This document shows, piece by piece, positions 34,920 to 36,116 of a DNA stretch of 36,116 nucleotides. The stretch comes from a virus. Taxonomy: Duplodnaviria; Caudoviricetes. The stretch covers positions 1-36,116 of the IMG/VR virus record IMGVR_UViG_3300036546_000221; one strand, 5' to 3'. Position 1 is the stretch's first letter. Each line of letters starts with the position of its first letter. The translations under genes and the position numbers were made by a program. Under the pieces are notes generated by a model. The model was given only the letters and a program-made list of their open reading frames with translations, did no database searches and was not told the DNA's origin.

Positions 34920-35663
34920 ATGAAACCGTATTTTGAGACCAAGCTGGGTCGCCTGTATAACGGCGATTGTCTCAGCGTGCTGGCAGAGATCGAGGACGAA
35001 AGCGTTGACATGATCTGGACAGACCCGCCATATGGACACAAAAACCACGACGGCGACCTCAACGCACAATTAAACAAACACCGCGGCATACAAAGCAAAC
35101 CTATTGCCAACGACGACGCCGAGGGGTTTCGTGCTGTGCTGGATGGAATGCTGAATCATGCGGCGCGCATTATGCGGAAAACATCGTCGGTCTGCTGCTG
35201 CTGTGGTGGTGGTGGCCCTAGACCCACGTTCGCCTACGTTGCTAACAGGATGGACACGGGCGGCCTGCAGTTTTTTCATTCCGTAATCTGGGACAAGCGG
35301 AACCCCGGTCTCGGTTGGAGATATCGGCGGCAGCACGAAATGGTCATGGTTGCACACCGTGAGGGCGGGAAGCTGGCCTGGGCGAGCGACGACGTTACAA
35401 TGCGGAACATCATCAGCTTTTCACCCCCTAGGAACAGGCTGCACCCCAACGAAAAACCACTCGACATGGTAAAGCTGTTCATATCGCTCCACACACAACG
35501 GGGCGACCTCGTTATTGACCCGTTCGGCGGTAGCGGCACAACAGCCGTTGCTTGTGAAGAGCTTGGCAGGCGTTGGGTGTGTATTGAGCTGGATGAAGAG
35601 TATTGCCAGATAACAAAAAACAGACTCACAAGGCCGGTGCAGCCGAGCCTACTCGCGTTGTAG
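34920..35663 (+). CDS. DNA N6-adenine/N4-cytosine methyltransferase (beta class)
   Basis: GDCL, TDPPY (motif IV), HPNEKP, DPFGGSGTT (motif I). Confidence 0.93.
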   Translation: MKPYFETKLGRLYNGDCLSVLAEIEDESVDMIWTDPPYGHKNHDGDLNAQLNKHRGIQSKPIANDDAEGFRAVLDGMLNHAARIMRKTSSVCCCCGGGGPRPTFAYVANRMDTGGLQFFHSVIWDKRNPGLGWRYRRQHEMVMVAHREGGKLAWASDDVTMRNIISFSPPRNRLHPNEKPLDMVKLFISLHTQRGDLVIDPFGGSGTTAVACEELGRRWVCIELDEEYCQITKNRLTRPVQPSLLAL

Positions 35664-35759
35664 CCCATTTTTCGCACGAGGTTTAATTCTGGCGGGCGAT
35701 AGCATGCCAGCCTATACAGCTTGCTACCCTGCAAGCAAATAAACGCTTACGGGGCGAAT

Positions 35760-35918
35760 ATGGAAGAAAACAAACTACAGCCGGGTAAACACTGCCTCGC
35801 CTGCCCGTATGCCGTGCGGGTGCCGCTATATAACCCGTTCCCGTGGGTAACCGGCGGCATGGCATACCGCATACGGTGCGGGCTAAAAGCGTGTGCGCGT
35901 GGCGGGGGCGCCACATAA
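35760..35918 (+). CDS. Small Cys-containing hypothetical protein
   Basis: GGGG RBS; CLACPY...CGLKAC. Confidence 0.4.
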   Translation: MEENKLQPGKHCLACPYAVRVPLYNPFPWVTGGMAYRIRCGLKACARGGGAT

Positions 35919-35978
35919 CCCCAACGGCGTAGCGTGCCCGCTTGTTAACATTTGTTAACACGGGCCGCCGCGCTGTTT

Positions 35979-36116
35979 GTCTTGGTTATTACTGGTTATT
36001 ACTGGTTAGTCTTGGTTACTACTGGTTATTACTGGTTAGTCTTGGTTACTACTGGTTATTACTGGTTAGTCTTGGTTATTACTGGTTATTACTGGTTAGT
36101 CTTGGTTACTACTGGT
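35979..36116. repeat. Tandem 10-bp repeats (GGTTAnTnnT) in a 30-bp higher-order unit; runs off the window end
   Basis: 13 full units from 35984 in the order GGTTAYTACT-GGTTATTACT-GGTTAGTCTT. Confidence 0.95.

Noticed and set aside
35193-35216. CCCCGGGG triplet-like run in the MTase
   Set aside because: In frame with intact catalytic motifs on both sides; no sign of slippage
35984-36116. Repeat-encoded peptide (GYYWLLLVSL)n or telomere
   Set aside because: Two plus frames are open but lack a credible start or RBS, all minus frames are closed, and no protelomerase or telomere machinery is visible
1-36116. tRNA, rRNA, integrase/att sites, IS elements
   Set aside because: None recognised by eye; tRNAscan was not run

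Overview
About 36 kb of a GC-rich tailed phage (myovirus with a P2/Mu-like contractile tail). The head and terminase genes lie outside the window. Order: head-closure, tail-completion, sheath, tube, chaperone, tape-measure, baseplate and fibre genes (1-12565, +); lysis cassette with holin, overlapping spanins and M15 peptidase (12673-13915, +); intein-containing SF2 helicase and Cro-like HTH (-); replication/recombination block (SMC-like ATPase, RecE-like exonuclease, Sak4-like ATPase, VRR-NUC, primase-helicase, SSB, HNH, Hc1-like protein, metallophosphoesterase; +); a leftward block of small early genes including three tandem ribbon-helix-helix paralogues; a non-coding region with 22-bp-phased repeats and an AT-rich stretch; PAPS-reductase-family and DNA methyltransferase genes; and a 10/30-bp tandem array that runs off the end. 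The spanins imply a Gram-negative host, and the SSB resembles Desulfovibrio-type SSBs. No integrase or full-length CI is seen. The best candidate for an undescribed system is a predicted ~65-nt sRNA (20888-20952, minus strand). It has its own promoter and terminator, and its 5' end is complementary to a repeated GGAGYARCACAC ribosome-binding motif in front of at least four early genes. A second stand-alone sRNA and a family of repeated promoter-leader modules are also predicted. All calls come from motif reading by eye, with no database searches.
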